DNA of 64,000 nucleotides from Pseudomonadota bacterium (GTDB lineage Bacteria; Bdellovibrionota_C; UBA2361; OMII01): NCBI GenBank assembly GCA_038134595.1, contig JAYPVM010000008.1, positions 1,461 to 65,460 of the forward strand, read 5' to 3'. Shown piece by piece: positions 55,532 to 64,000 of this stretch (position 1 is its first letter; each line of letters starts with the position of its first letter). The notes under the pieces were generated by a model. It saw only the letters and a program-made list of their open reading frames with translations, ran no database searches and was not told where the DNA came from. The position numbers and the translations under genes were made by a program.

Positions 55532-56317
55532 ATGAACACGATTATTGTTATTCCAGCCCGATTCGCTTCCTCACGTTTTCCCGGTAAGCCGCTTGTTGAG
55601 GTGGCCGGGATAAGTCTGATTGCGAGAGTTCTTCGATTGTCTCAATCTGTACCCGGTGTGGATGGGGTCTTCGTAGCGACAGACAGCTCTGAAATTGCTG
55701 AACACGTAGAGGCATTAGGGGGTAGGGTCATTATGACGTCTGAGCAGTGCCGAAATGGCTCGGAACGGGTGTGGGAGGCGGTTAACACCTTAGAGGAAAA
55801 ACCTAAAACAATCATCAATGTGCAGGGAGATGCGGTGCTGATGCCGCCCTGGATAATTCAAGCACTTGTTGATGAAATGAGCAAAGACGGCTCCATTCAG
55901 ATTGCAACGCCAGCTTCTAGGCTCTCAAAGGACCAATACGATTCGATGACTGCTATGAAGGGCAGTGGTATCGTTTCAGGCACAACCGTTACCACTTCAA
56001 AAAGCGGCAATGCCCTGTATTTTTCAAAGACAGTGATTCCCCACATTCGAGAGTGGCCTCTTAATCGGTCAGTGCCGGTGATGCAACACATTGGTGTGTA
56101 TGCCTATACCTACGAATCGCTAAAACGATACATTCATTTGCCGATGGGAGATTTGGAATATGTGGAGCAATTAGAACAATTGCGTGCGCTTGAGAACGAT
56201 ATTCCAATTCGAGTTGTTGAGGTATCGCTGAAGGGAAGAACCATGTGGTCTATCGACAATCCAGAGGATGTTGCGAGGGTTGAGGAGATTATCACAGCGG
56301 AAGGAGAATTGGTGTGA
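55532..56317 (+). CDS. kdsB: 3-deoxy-manno-octulosonate cytidylyltransferase (CMP-KDO synthetase)
   Basis: IVIPARFASSRFPGKPL, VNVQGD, EQLEQLRALENG-like motif. Confidence 0.9.
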   Translation: MNTIIVIPARFASSRFPGKPLVEVAGISLIARVLRLSQSVPGVDGVFVATDSSEIAEHVEALGGRVIMTSEQCRNGSERVWEAVNTLEEKPKTIINVQGDAVLMPPWIIQALVDEMSKDGSIQIATPASRLSKDQYDSMTAMKGSGIVSGTTVTTSKSGNALYFSKTVIPHIREWPLNRSVPVMQHIGVYAYTYESLKRYIHLPMGDLEYVEQLEQLRALENDIPIRVVEVSLKGRTMWSIDNPEDVARVEEIITAEGELV

Positions 56318-56955
56318 GTTCTCGATTAATCTTGTTGCGACATGGCAATACGTTTTCTGATGGTGATAAGGTTGTCATGGTAGGAGCCAATGAGGATCTT
56401 CCGTTGACGGCGAAAGGATTGGAGCAAGCTACAGCGATGGGAGAAGCTCTGCGGCCTGTCGCTCAGACAGTGACTACACTTTTAGCTGGACCACTTTTGA
56501 GAACGGTACAGTTTGCCCATAGGCTTCAATCTGTGTCGGGGATTTTAGCTGATTGCACTGTAGATCCTCGCTTGATTGAGCTTGATTACGGGGCGTGGGG
56601 TGGGCTTTCTAATGAAGAGATCATCACGCTCTCTGGTCAGGAGGCTCTCGAAAATTGGCAAATTCATGGAAAGCGCCCCAGCGGCATTGTTTTTAAGCCA
56701 AGCGAAAAGCAGTTGGCGGAAGAAACAGCGAGTGTTCTCGATGAGTTTTCTCAGGTACAGGGCACCGGTATCATAGTGAGTAGTAACGGTCGTTTGCGAG
56801 AGTATGCTCGGCTGATTGAGGGAGAGGATAGTAGCGGTGCAAAAGTCAAAACTGGGCATGCTTGTATTGTAGATTTTTCTGATGAAGCGTGGCAGATAGT
56901 TGCTTGGGACGTTGCTCCGGATGCCTTGCACGCAGTCCTTTCAGAAGAGCGGTAA
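56314..56955 (+). CDS. Histidine phosphatase family (phosphoglycerate mutase-like) protein
   Basis: LILLRHGNT (RHG motif). GTGA start/stop overlap with kdsB. Confidence 0.8.
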   Translation: MSSRLILLRHGNTFSDGDKVVMVGANEDLPLTAKGLEQATAMGEALRPVAQTVTTLLAGPLLRTVQFAHRLQSVSGILADCTVDPRLIELDYGAWGGLSNEEIITLSGQEALENWQIHGKRPSGIVFKPSEKQLAEETASVLDEFSQVQGTGIIVSSNGRLREYARLIEGEDSSGAKVKTGHACIVDFSDEAWQIVAWDVAPDALHAVLSEER

Positions 56956-56969
56956 CCACCCTGCTAGGA

Positions 56970-57002
56970 GCCGGAAGGTTTTTTGTGCAAAAACCCTCCG
57001 GC
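56970..57002. other. Long imperfect hairpin between convergent genes; possible transcript-end structure
   Basis: GCCGGAAGGTTTTT-tgtgc-AAAAACCCTCCGGC forms about 14 bp with one mismatch. The A/T tracts are loop-proximal, so this is not a canonical bidirectional terminator. Confidence 0.3.
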
Positions 57003-57015
57003 TAGTCAGATGGTT

Positions 57016-57783
57016 CTATTTCTCAACACGTTTATCGGTATGTTTGATCGGTACGTGAATTATTTTCCCGCTGTCGAGTGTTATTACTACGATTGAACCC
57101 TTGGGGAACGCACTTCCGGGGCGGTTGAATCGGAAGTGTTCTCGGTTTCCGTTTCCGATGCCGGAGTATGTGCCCTTACCAACTCTCTTTGATTGATCTT
57201 TGGAGACGATCTTAACGCCTGTGACCTTTCCAGTGAGTCGCTCCGGTAAGATAATAGCCAGGTTTCCGTCCTTATCTGATACAGGCTTCCAGAGAAAATC
57301 CTTTGTGAATTTCATCTTTGTACCGATATTGATTTGTTTGGTTGGCTGGCTTGGTTGGGACTCGGCCGCCGGCTTTGGCTGTTCCACAGGTTGTGCGGGC
57401 TCTTCTTTTTTAGGGCGGGCCGAATATTGTAGATTCTTTAAGTCAGGAATGCGGGTGATAATGCCCCAGCCCCAATCATTGAGCCAAGCCCACCTACCTT
57501 TGAGAGCTCCGTGGTGATCGTGTTGGCATGATTGAGTCTCGGCTGGATTGGCTTCTTGATGTCCATCACTGAGACATCGCTCGCTAGTTTGATTTGTTTT
57601 GTCAGAATTGGAATCTTGACCGGCTAACGCTTTATACTCTGTCTCGAGAGAGTTGCTTTGCGTGGTAGTTTTTGTTGTCGTGGTCGAAACTGTCGAAGTA
57701 GTACTGACAGTCTCGGTGGTAGTTTCGGTTGATGTAGCGTTGGCTGTATAGCCTGATGAATCGACGCTAGAGATTCCTTCCAT
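57016..57783 (-). CDS. Orphan 255-aa protein: Thr-rich N-terminus, Trp-rich patch, Pro/Gln/Glu linker and a C-terminal beta-rich domain
   Basis: The ATG at 57783 has GAGGAG 6 nt upstream. The track ORF extends to 57981. The C-terminal FLWKPVSDKDGNLAIILP...GNGNREHFRF domain is not recognised. No signal peptide. Confidence 0.6.
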   Translation of the reverse strand: MEGISSVDSSGYTANATSTETTTETVSTTSTVSTTTTKTTTQSNSLETEYKALAGQDSNSDKTNQTSERCLSDGHQEANPAETQSCQHDHHGALKGRWAWLNDWGWGIITRIPDLKNLQYSARPKKEEPAQPVEQPKPAAESQPSQPTKQINIGTKMKFTKDFLWKPVSDKDGNLAIILPERLTGKVTGVKIVSKDQSKRVGKGTYSGIGNGNREHFRFNRPGSAFPKGSIVVITLDSGKIIHVPIKHTDKRVEK

Positions 57784-58141
57784 GTCTGCTCCTCTATTAG
57801 ATTGTATACAGTCTCCAATCAACACATTCCAAATGCCTAATGGGGGTCTTTGGTGTGTGTGCTGTACGGGTTTTTTTGAGGCATGTGCGTGTAAAGGGAG
57901 AGAGTTAATGCCACGCTCCCGAATAGCACATACGTTTGTATTGTCTATCGACGTTTGATCGGAGAAGTTGCTTCTTAACAACAGGGAGCCTAAAGAGAGC
58001 TACTCTCCACGTACCGAAAGACTAAGCTTGGCACGGCCTGGCTTTCAGTAATACATTAATTAGTTAGTTAACACTGCCTAGGTTAGGGTGATGAGGGGAT
58101 TGGTTAGAGTATTAATGGTATATTGAGAAGGATAGTTTGTG

Positions 58142-58214
<73 letters not shown>

Positions 58215-58362
58215 AAACCAAGTTTTTTGGCTCCCCAATGGGTATCACGAGAAGAGATAAATAACAAGGCTTTGGTAGTAAATTATACGGAAATATTTTA
58301 GAGAAATTAGCTAGTTATGCGATCAAGGGTGCGCGGTCTTTGCTCAAGTGTTTAAAGCTCTG

Positions 58363-61300
58363 CTACAGGGCAGGCGGGAGAACTACGATTTGGCTCAGCG
58401 ACTTAGTTGATGGAGAAATTGCTTTGCTCGTAGTCCCTTGAGGTATGTGCCCGACATACAGCTTAGTTGACCTTTCATCGCTTATTGTATCAAACGGAGC
58501 TGGTTGTGTGCCAGATTGCTCAAACATCGGCATGAGGGCAGGAGAGAGGATTTTAAGGAGTTGTGTTGCCAGTGAGCTGGTAAAGTCATAGTTTTTCGCC
58601 TCTTCTCCGGGAACATGTGCCGACAACACGCCGAAGAATCTATCACCTATCCAAAATGTAAAGGTAGCAGTTCGATTAACGACACGAGATGTGAGGACTT
58701 TTCCACCAGGGCCGTATGTTTCAAAGCGATGATCCCCTGTTCCTGTCTTACCGCCAACTAGGAGAGGTGTTCCGTCTGAGCGTTTGAAGGCATGAAAGAC
58801 ACGACGACCAGTTCCAGATCGTACAACGTCGTGCATTACGTGCCGTAGTGCTCTTGCGACCTCGGGGCGTAAGACACGCACCCCTTCATTCGAGTCGTTA
58901 CGTGTCAGAGAAACCTCGAAGGGAGTTTCGGAAGCAAGATGAACCTCCTCTAATCGGACTAATGGATATTTGACTCCGTCGTTCATAATGATTCCAACGA
59001 GGTCAGCGAGTGCGATAGGACGATCTCCTGAGCTACCGAGCGCTGATGCGAGGGAGGGAACCATATAGTCAAAGGGATACCCTGTTTTTCGCCACTGTTC
59101 TAACACGTGCGTGAAGGACTCATGCTCGATGAGCGTTTGTATTCTAATGTCTTGTGCTCTTGTTTGTGGTGTGTTGAACAGCCACATATATACATGCTGG
59201 CGAATTTTTGCGCTCTCAGTCAGGACAGATTTGAGGTTTGCGCGGGGCTTTTTAGTCAGGTGTCGAACAATCCAGAGCTCCAAGGGATGAACACGAGCAA
59301 TAAAAGCTCGGTCGTTTAAGGAGTAGGCATCTGGTTTTAATTCCTCATACCACTTTTCCAAAAGCTTTTCTGGGATTTCTGAGTTGGGATTTATCTTTGA
59401 TAGAAAATCCTTCAGATGCGTGATGGATTCTTTCGGATGGACAAAGCGAAACAGGGCAGCGGCTCGACGAGGCGTTGCTCGGGAGCTAGTTGCAAAATAA
59501 TAGAGGCGGTTTTTTGGCGGGTGAGAGCGGTATTTCTCGTAGAATCTCCTTAAAAAAGTCTTGCCCTCTTTATCGGCAAATTGCGAGAGAAAATGAGTTC
59601 GCATTGCTCGTTCTCCATCCTCAGACTGCGTAGAGAATGAACTTTGGATTTTGTGGGCATAGTACCGTGAGATATCCCGCATGAGCCGTACGAGGGGAAG
59701 GTTTATCGAATGAACTAATGAATCTCGTACAGTCGGGCGACGAGAATCGTCTTTATCATCGAAGTTTTCAAATCGATGAATACCACCACCTGTGAAAAAT
59801 GTTTCAGCCGGATTTGCTGAATACCGTCTATCAAGTGCTGCTTCAAGTAGGCTGTCGAGGGGTACGTTTTTGTTTCGAATAAATATGTATGCTACAAATC
59901 GTGATATTGGATCGAATGAATCACTTTTTACGAGAGCTTGTAGCTCCGCAGATGATTTCTTAGAGAGCTCTTTGTGAATTTCACTAACTATATCAAGATA
60001 TGTTGTTACGGTTCGTAACTTTGCAGTTGATCCTAGATCAAGTCGGGAGCCCTCGTTTATGTTAAATGGATTATCAAAATTATCCGTCTGAACGCGAAGC
60101 AGGTTTGCTGTTCCTTTTTTCTCGAAGATGGTGAGACTGTATATAACCTTTGAGGGATCCCCCTTAGCCAGGTTTCGGTACCCGTGTAATCCGAGTTGTT
60201 TGATTATTTGTGGGTCACCTAATTGGTTTAATATCCGAGTAACACGGCTTGTAGCTTGATTATCAATGGTGCTTTTTACCGTCATATCGACCTGGTCAAG
60301 GTCATAGAGACTTCGCATCTTTAGGAGGGGCAAGAGTCGGGTGCGAATTGCATTCGCGGCCTTTCGTTGAATAAAGGAATAACGGGCTCGTTGAGGTGCT
60401 GAGGTTCGTAACGAGAGGGGAAAGCCTTGCGCTTTCTTTTGTAAGGCTTCAGGAATAACATTCTCCTGAGCTAAGAGGGTAAGGTACGTATTGGTCAGTG
60501 TGTTGAGTTCGGAGATTCCCTTTAGAAGATAGAAGCTAGGTCTTCGATGAGCCAGAAAGAGACTTAATATTTGTTTGAAGTGTCTCGCTTGTGTATCCGA
60601 AATCACACGAGAGGAGGGTTTGATCTTTCGAACTAACCGATTTGTTCGCTCAAAGCTCGTGCCGTACCACGCCCACAGTCCATCGCCAAGTCCGTGCACC
60701 TCGCCGTACTGTTTTACGGCAGCAAGTGGTATTGAGTTTATATAATCTAGGATGAGACCTTTTCGAGCGTTCGATGTATTGCGTCCATTAAGATAGGATC
60801 GAATGCTCGCGGAGGCTATCTGGCGGAGTTTGTCTTGCACTCCATGAGTTCGCCCCTCGAGTGAATGTCTGTATTTTTGTAGTTGGGTGGCGATCGTACT
60901 CCCTCCGGGAGCATTAATGCTCGGATCAAAGAGCTGTTTTGCCTTCTCAAGGATCGCTTTTATGAATCTATCCCATTCAATGGCAGGATTCTTATAGGCG
61001 TATCGAGCATTAAGAGCCTCCTTGTTTTCAATAAAGAGTAACGACTGTAAAATAATTCTTGGAATATCCTCAAAGCGCTCATAGATTCTCTCTGGACGAT
61101 ACGCAGAGTAAATTGTTGTATTGTTTCTATCGAGGATAGTGATTCCTGTTTTTGTTTTTTCTTGGTACGGAGGATAGATGCCGTTTTGAATGAGTGTGAG
61201 CATCTCTGGAGAGAGGGAAGCTTGTTTCTCGATGGTGAAATCTGTGTGCGTTAGGTAGTCAATGAGAGCGGGGATTTTTGTATACCCTAATCTCTGGTCG

Positions 61301-61566
61301 TAAGGACCGTGCGATGGATACCATGTATCTGAACTAGCCTGGTGTTGTACCGAGAAGGTGCTTTTCTTTGCGAGGTTGTGAAGGAGGTATGATTGCACCC
61401 GAGATGTTTTTATCTCATATCCAATTGAGCAAGTGAGCATCAAGCCTAGCAGTGTTACCGGGATCAGCCGACGAATGACTTTGTGAGACCGTTGACCCAC
61501 GTTGGCCGCCGAGTGAGCAAGAGGCTCACGCCGGAGAGGTCTATTGTTGTGATTCTCATCTGTCAC
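58363..61566 (-). CDS. Class A penicillin-binding protein (divergent GT51 transglycosylase plus transpeptidase), unusually long
   Basis: GT51-like LLFIENKEAL and GGSTIATQLQKY. Transpeptidase motifs STAK (SxxK), SIN (SxN) and KTGTG. N-terminal TM anchor. GTG start. Confidence 0.8.
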   Translation of the reverse strand: MTDENHNNRPLRREPLAHSAANVGQRSHKVIRRLIPVTLLGLMLTCSIGYEIKTSRVQSYLLHNLAKKSTFSVQHQASSDTWYPSHGPYDQRLGYTKIPALIDYLTHTDFTIEKQASLSPEMLTLIQNGIYPPYQEKTKTGITILDRNNTTIYSAYRPERIYERFEDIPRIILQSLLFIENKEALNARYAYKNPAIEWDRFIKAILEKAKQLFDPSINAPGGSTIATQLQKYRHSLEGRTHGVQDKLRQIASASIRSYLNGRNTSNARKGLILDYINSIPLAAVKQYGEVHGLGDGLWAWYGTSFERTNRLVRKIKPSSRVISDTQARHFKQILSLFLAHRRPSFYLLKGISELNTLTNTYLTLLAQENVIPEALQKKAQGFPLSLRTSAPQRARYSFIQRKAANAIRTRLLPLLKMRSLYDLDQVDMTVKSTIDNQATSRVTRILNQLGDPQIIKQLGLHGYRNLAKGDPSKVIYSLTIFEKKGTANLLRVQTDNFDNPFNINEGSRLDLGSTAKLRTVTTYLDIVSEIHKELSKKSSAELQALVKSDSFDPISRFVAYIFIRNKNVPLDSLLEAALDRRYSANPAETFFTGGGIHRFENFDDKDDSRRPTVRDSLVHSINLPLVRLMRDISRYYAHKIQSSFSTQSEDGERAMRTHFLSQFADKEGKTFLRRFYEKYRSHPPKNRLYYFATSSRATPRRAAALFRFVHPKESITHLKDFLSKINPNSEIPEKLLEKWYEELKPDAYSLNDRAFIARVHPLELWIVRHLTKKPRANLKSVLTESAKIRQHVYMWLFNTPQTRAQDIRIQTLIEHESFTHVLEQWRKTGYPFDYMVPSLASALGSSGDRPIALADLVGIIMNDGVKYPLVRLEEVHLASETPFEVSLTRNDSNEGVRVLRPEVARALRHVMHDVVRSGTGRRVFHAFKRSDGTPLLVGGKTGTGDHRFETYGPGGKVLTSRVVNRTATFTFWIGDRFFGVLSAHVPGEEAKNYDFTSSLATQLLKILSPALMPMFEQSGTQPAPFDTISDERSTKLYVGHIPQGTTSKAISPSTKSLSQIVVLPPAL

Positions 61567-61909
61567 GGTATGCTTGTGGGTGTTGCTAGCTCTTCTACTC
61601 TAAGATAGATGCTCCGGATTTCTTGTACGTTCCGAGTAAGTTAGCATACCTGTCATAAAATTAAGTGGCCAAAAATCATCCAAGGACTTGGTTGTTAAAA
61701 CCGATAGGTTAGGAGGAGGAAGGGGGGGAGGGAGATTGCATCGATTTTGAGGTGTATAAGTGCCTGAAGCTACGAATGCTTGGTGGTTGTTTTTGCTCAA
61801 AACTGGGTGTGCAAATGATGTTTCATCTCTTTAGACGAGTGCTAAGAGTATGGCAGACTCCAGCACCTGTTTCATTTTTTACCCTCTGAAAGTGTGGTGA
61901 ATAGTTGTT

Positions 61910-63067
61910 TTGCTGACTATGATAAGAGACATGAACCATCGAGAATCACCTGAGTTTGTGCACCGACCTACCCGAATAGAGGTGTATAGAGAATCTTTGA
62001 CAAACAATGTGAATGTCATTCGTAATCACGTTGGCTCTGCCAAAATTATGGCGGTTGTGAAAGCCAATGGCTATGGCCATGGGCTTGTCTCGGCGGCCTC
62101 GATACTCGCTTGTGCTGGTGTGGATTCATTTGGTGTTGCATGTATTGAAGAGGCAATAGAGCTTCGTAAATCGGGAGTGACTCTTCCCATCCTTGTGTTT
62201 GGCGGGCTGATGCAGGATCAATTAGATTTATACCTTCAGTATGATGTAGATGTAACAGCCTCTTCTGTCAGTAAATTAGAGCAGATAGAGCAATCAGCGC
62301 TTCAAGCTGGTAGGCGAGCTCGAGTTCATCTTAAAATCGATACGGGCTTAGAGAGGATTGGAACTCACTATTATTCTGCAAAACCGCTCTTTGAATCGGC
62401 ACTACGAGCTACAGGTTGTGATATTGTTGGTGTTTACTCTCATTTTGCAGACGTCAACTCATCGGACAATTCTCTGGCAAGGCTACAGCTGGAGCGATTC
62501 CTAGAATGCATGTACTTTTATTCAGAGCGTGCACGGGCTCCATTTGTAAGACACATTGCTAATTCCTCTGCCATTTTGGAGATGCCCGATAGTTGTTTGG
62601 ATATGGTGCGGCCGGGGCTTCTTTTGTACGGGGTGACGCCACATAAAGATCCAACGTGTCGATTAGATGTTTTGCCAACCCTCTGCCTTAAAAGTCACGT
62701 GGTGTATTTTAAAGTTGTTTTGCAGGGAGCTGGCGTTAGCTACGACCACAGCTGGCATGCTCCTCATGATACTCGGGTAGTAACGATTCCGATCGGATAT
62801 GGAGATGGATTTTTGCGAGCGCTGTCGAACAAGGGGCATATTCTAGTTGGGGGCAAGCGGTGCCCCATTATTGGTAAGATATGTATGGATCAGTTGATGG
62901 TTGATCTAGGGCCGTGTGGTGAGGCGTACAATGGAGATGAGGTGGTTCTTATTGGTAGGCAGGGTGAGAGTGATATTACGGTAAATGATCTCGCTGATTT
63001 GCTCGATACAACGCCTCATGAAATTTTAGTTTCTCTCAATCAAAGAGTTCCTCGTATAGTAATGTAG
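61910..63067 (+). CDS. alr: Alanine racemase
   Basis: MAVVKANGYGHG (PLP-Lys motif), HLKIDTGLERIG and the C-terminal beta domain. The start is uncertain: TTG at 61910, or ATG at 61919 or 61931. Confidence 0.9.
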   Translation: MLTMIRDMNHRESPEFVHRPTRIEVYRESLTNNVNVIRNHVGSAKIMAVVKANGYGHGLVSAASILACAGVDSFGVACIEEAIELRKSGVTLPILVFGGLMQDQLDLYLQYDVDVTASSVSKLEQIEQSALQAGRRARVHLKIDTGLERIGTHYYSAKPLFESALRATGCDIVGVYSHFADVNSSDNSLARLQLERFLECMYFYSERARAPFVRHIANSSAILEMPDSCLDMVRPGLLLYGVTPHKDPTCRLDVLPTLCLKSHVVYFKVVLQGAGVSYDHSWHAPHDTRVVTIPIGYGDGFLRALSNKGHILVGGKRCPIIGKICMDQLMVDLGPCGEAYNGDEVVLIGRQGESDITVNDLADLLDTTPHEILVSLNQRVPRIVM

Positions 63068-63084
63068 GAAGAAATTGGCGTGGA

Positions 63085-63873
63085 TTAGTGTGGTGCCGCT
63101 CGGTGTCGCACGCTGAGAATCGCACTTACGACGGCCAACTCCGACCGCAGTGTTGCGCTACCGAGTGAGAGGGGAGTGAACCCCTTTTCGTCAATTAAAG
63201 CTTGAGATTCTTCCGGAGCGAAGTCACCTTCAGGGCCAACGGCAATTATGGCCGCTTGGAGTCCTGTAGGGTCGGCAATAGCGCTCTGCAGTGTGCTTGC
63301 ATGTGATTCAAGAGAGCAGATTAGGCGGGTGTCAGGTATGGAGGCTTCTATTGAGGTGAGTGCCTCTGCAAGAGATAGGTGCACTGATACGGAGGGAAGA
63401 ATGGTTTGTTTGCTCTGTTGGGCCGCGCTTTGAGCTATCTTCTGATAGCGCTCTTCTTTTCGTTTTGCATCAATACTGTTTTTTAAGCGAAGCACACTCC
63501 GACTCGACTGCCAGAATAGTATCTGAGAACAGCCGAGTTCTGTTGCCCAATCCACTATTAATTCGTTTTTTTGTCCTTTGCAAAGAGCGATGAGAAGTCG
63601 TACATCGATGGCAATATTGCTACGAGTATTTTCGAGGGGGCGTAGGAGTTTAATTGATGCGATGTTGTTGTGGTTACACAGTATCCCCTCTGCCAGTTCG
63701 CTTGTGTCGGCACATACTACGTCAAGAGATGTGTCATACGGAAGTCGCAGGACGTTTAGAAGATGGTGAGCGTCTTCTGGTGGGAGTGGGATTATCTGAG
63801 GATTTGTATCGTCAAAACGAAAAAAAACGCCCCTCAAAAACAACCGTTGCTTTTGAGGGGCGCGAAGAGACAT
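63085..63873 (-). CDS. rsmE: 16S rRNA (uracil1498-N3)-methyltransferase RsmE
   Basis: RLLIALCKGQKNELIVDWATELG and VGPEGDFAPEE, the SPOUT C-terminal motif. Confidence 0.85.
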   Translation of the reverse strand: MSLRAPQKQRLFLRGVFFRFDDTNPQIIPLPPEDAHHLLNVLRLPYDTSLDVVCADTSELAEGILCNHNNIASIKLLRPLENTRSNIAIDVRLLIALCKGQKNELIVDWATELGCSQILFWQSSRSVLRLKNSIDAKRKEERYQKIAQSAAQQSKQTILPSVSVHLSLAEALTSIEASIPDTRLICSLESHASTLQSAIADPTGLQAAIIAVGPEGDFAPEESQALIDEKGFTPLSLGSATLRSELAVVSAILSVRHRAAPH

Positions 63874-63890
63874 AGTTGTCTTTTTCTACT

Positions 63891-64000
63891 TTATTTCTTT
63901 TTGAGGCCGAGCTGATCAAGGCGTTCTGCAAGGTAAGGAATCTTGTCATATCCAACGATTCGCTCACCGCTTTCGAACACAAACGTTGGAGTATCGAATA
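63891..64000 (-). CDS. 3' end of a thioredoxin-fold protein (glutaredoxin/DsbA-like); the 5' part is outside the window
   Basis: My hand translation of the minus strand gives ..FDTPTFVFESGERIVGYDKIPYLAERLDQLGLKKK*. TPTFVF..G..I.G is typical of the C-terminal beta-strands of the Trx fold. Confidence 0.35.
   Translation of the reverse strand, partial: FDTPTFVFESGERIVGYDKIPYLAERLDQLGLKKK

Noticed and set aside
61711-61735. 25-nt all-purine tract AGGAGGAGGAAGGGGGGGAGGGAGA in the PBP/alr divergent spacer; possible triplex or G-rich structure
   Set aside because: It is a single occurrence with no partner repeats. It could simply be promoter-region low complexity, and I cannot attach a function from sequence.

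Overview
This is a 64-kb chromosomal window from a mid-GC, Gram-negative, flagellated bacterium (kdsB, class A PBP and a fliK-flgD-flgE hook module are present). I cannot assign the lineage from sequence alone. From about 12.3 kb to 64 kb the window is mostly recognisable core genes:
- carbon metabolism: glgP-type alpha-glucan phosphorylase, pckA, tkt;
- DNA metabolism: holA, tmk, a parC/parE-type topoisomerase pair;
- transport: mgtE, a CNNM/CorC-type transporter, a DAACS symporter;
- fatty-acid oxidation: meaB, an acyl-CoA dehydrogenase abutting a FadF-like membrane Fe-S oxidoreductase;
- translation and envelope: map, htrA, rplM-rpsI, kdsB, tRNA-Phe, a long class A PBP, alr, rsmE.

Several orphan ORFs sit among these genes.

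The left ~12 kb looks accessory and partly decayed. It holds an AT-rich membrane-protein gene with in-frame stops, a 47-codon SDR remnant, a possibly frameshifted ORF pair, and an HTH ORF joined in frame to a 253-aa ORF through a single TGA. Three long ORFs inside this segment are intact.

The stand-out is a 1460-aa protein at 3461-7843. It combines a disordered/coiled-coil N-terminus, an anthrax-lethal-factor-like (M34, HExxH...EFxAExF) metalloprotease domain, one degenerate and two intact CbbX/SpoVK-type AAA+ modules, and an acidic helical tail with a small Cys cluster. I do not know this architecture as a described system. Its neighbours are an orphan extended HicA-like gene and a 508-aa Gly/Ala-rich orphan.

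Other points worth a second look:
- a tightly coupled nucleosidase / SPL-type radical SAM / SDR operon;
- a PHP-fold protein with substitutions at every PHP metal-ligand position I could align;
- an ORF-free 460-bp structured interval ending in a terminator;
- several Ser/Thr-rich orphans without signal peptides.

I saw no CRISPR array, rRNA, integrase or transposase. All homology statements are motif recognition by eye. No searches were run.
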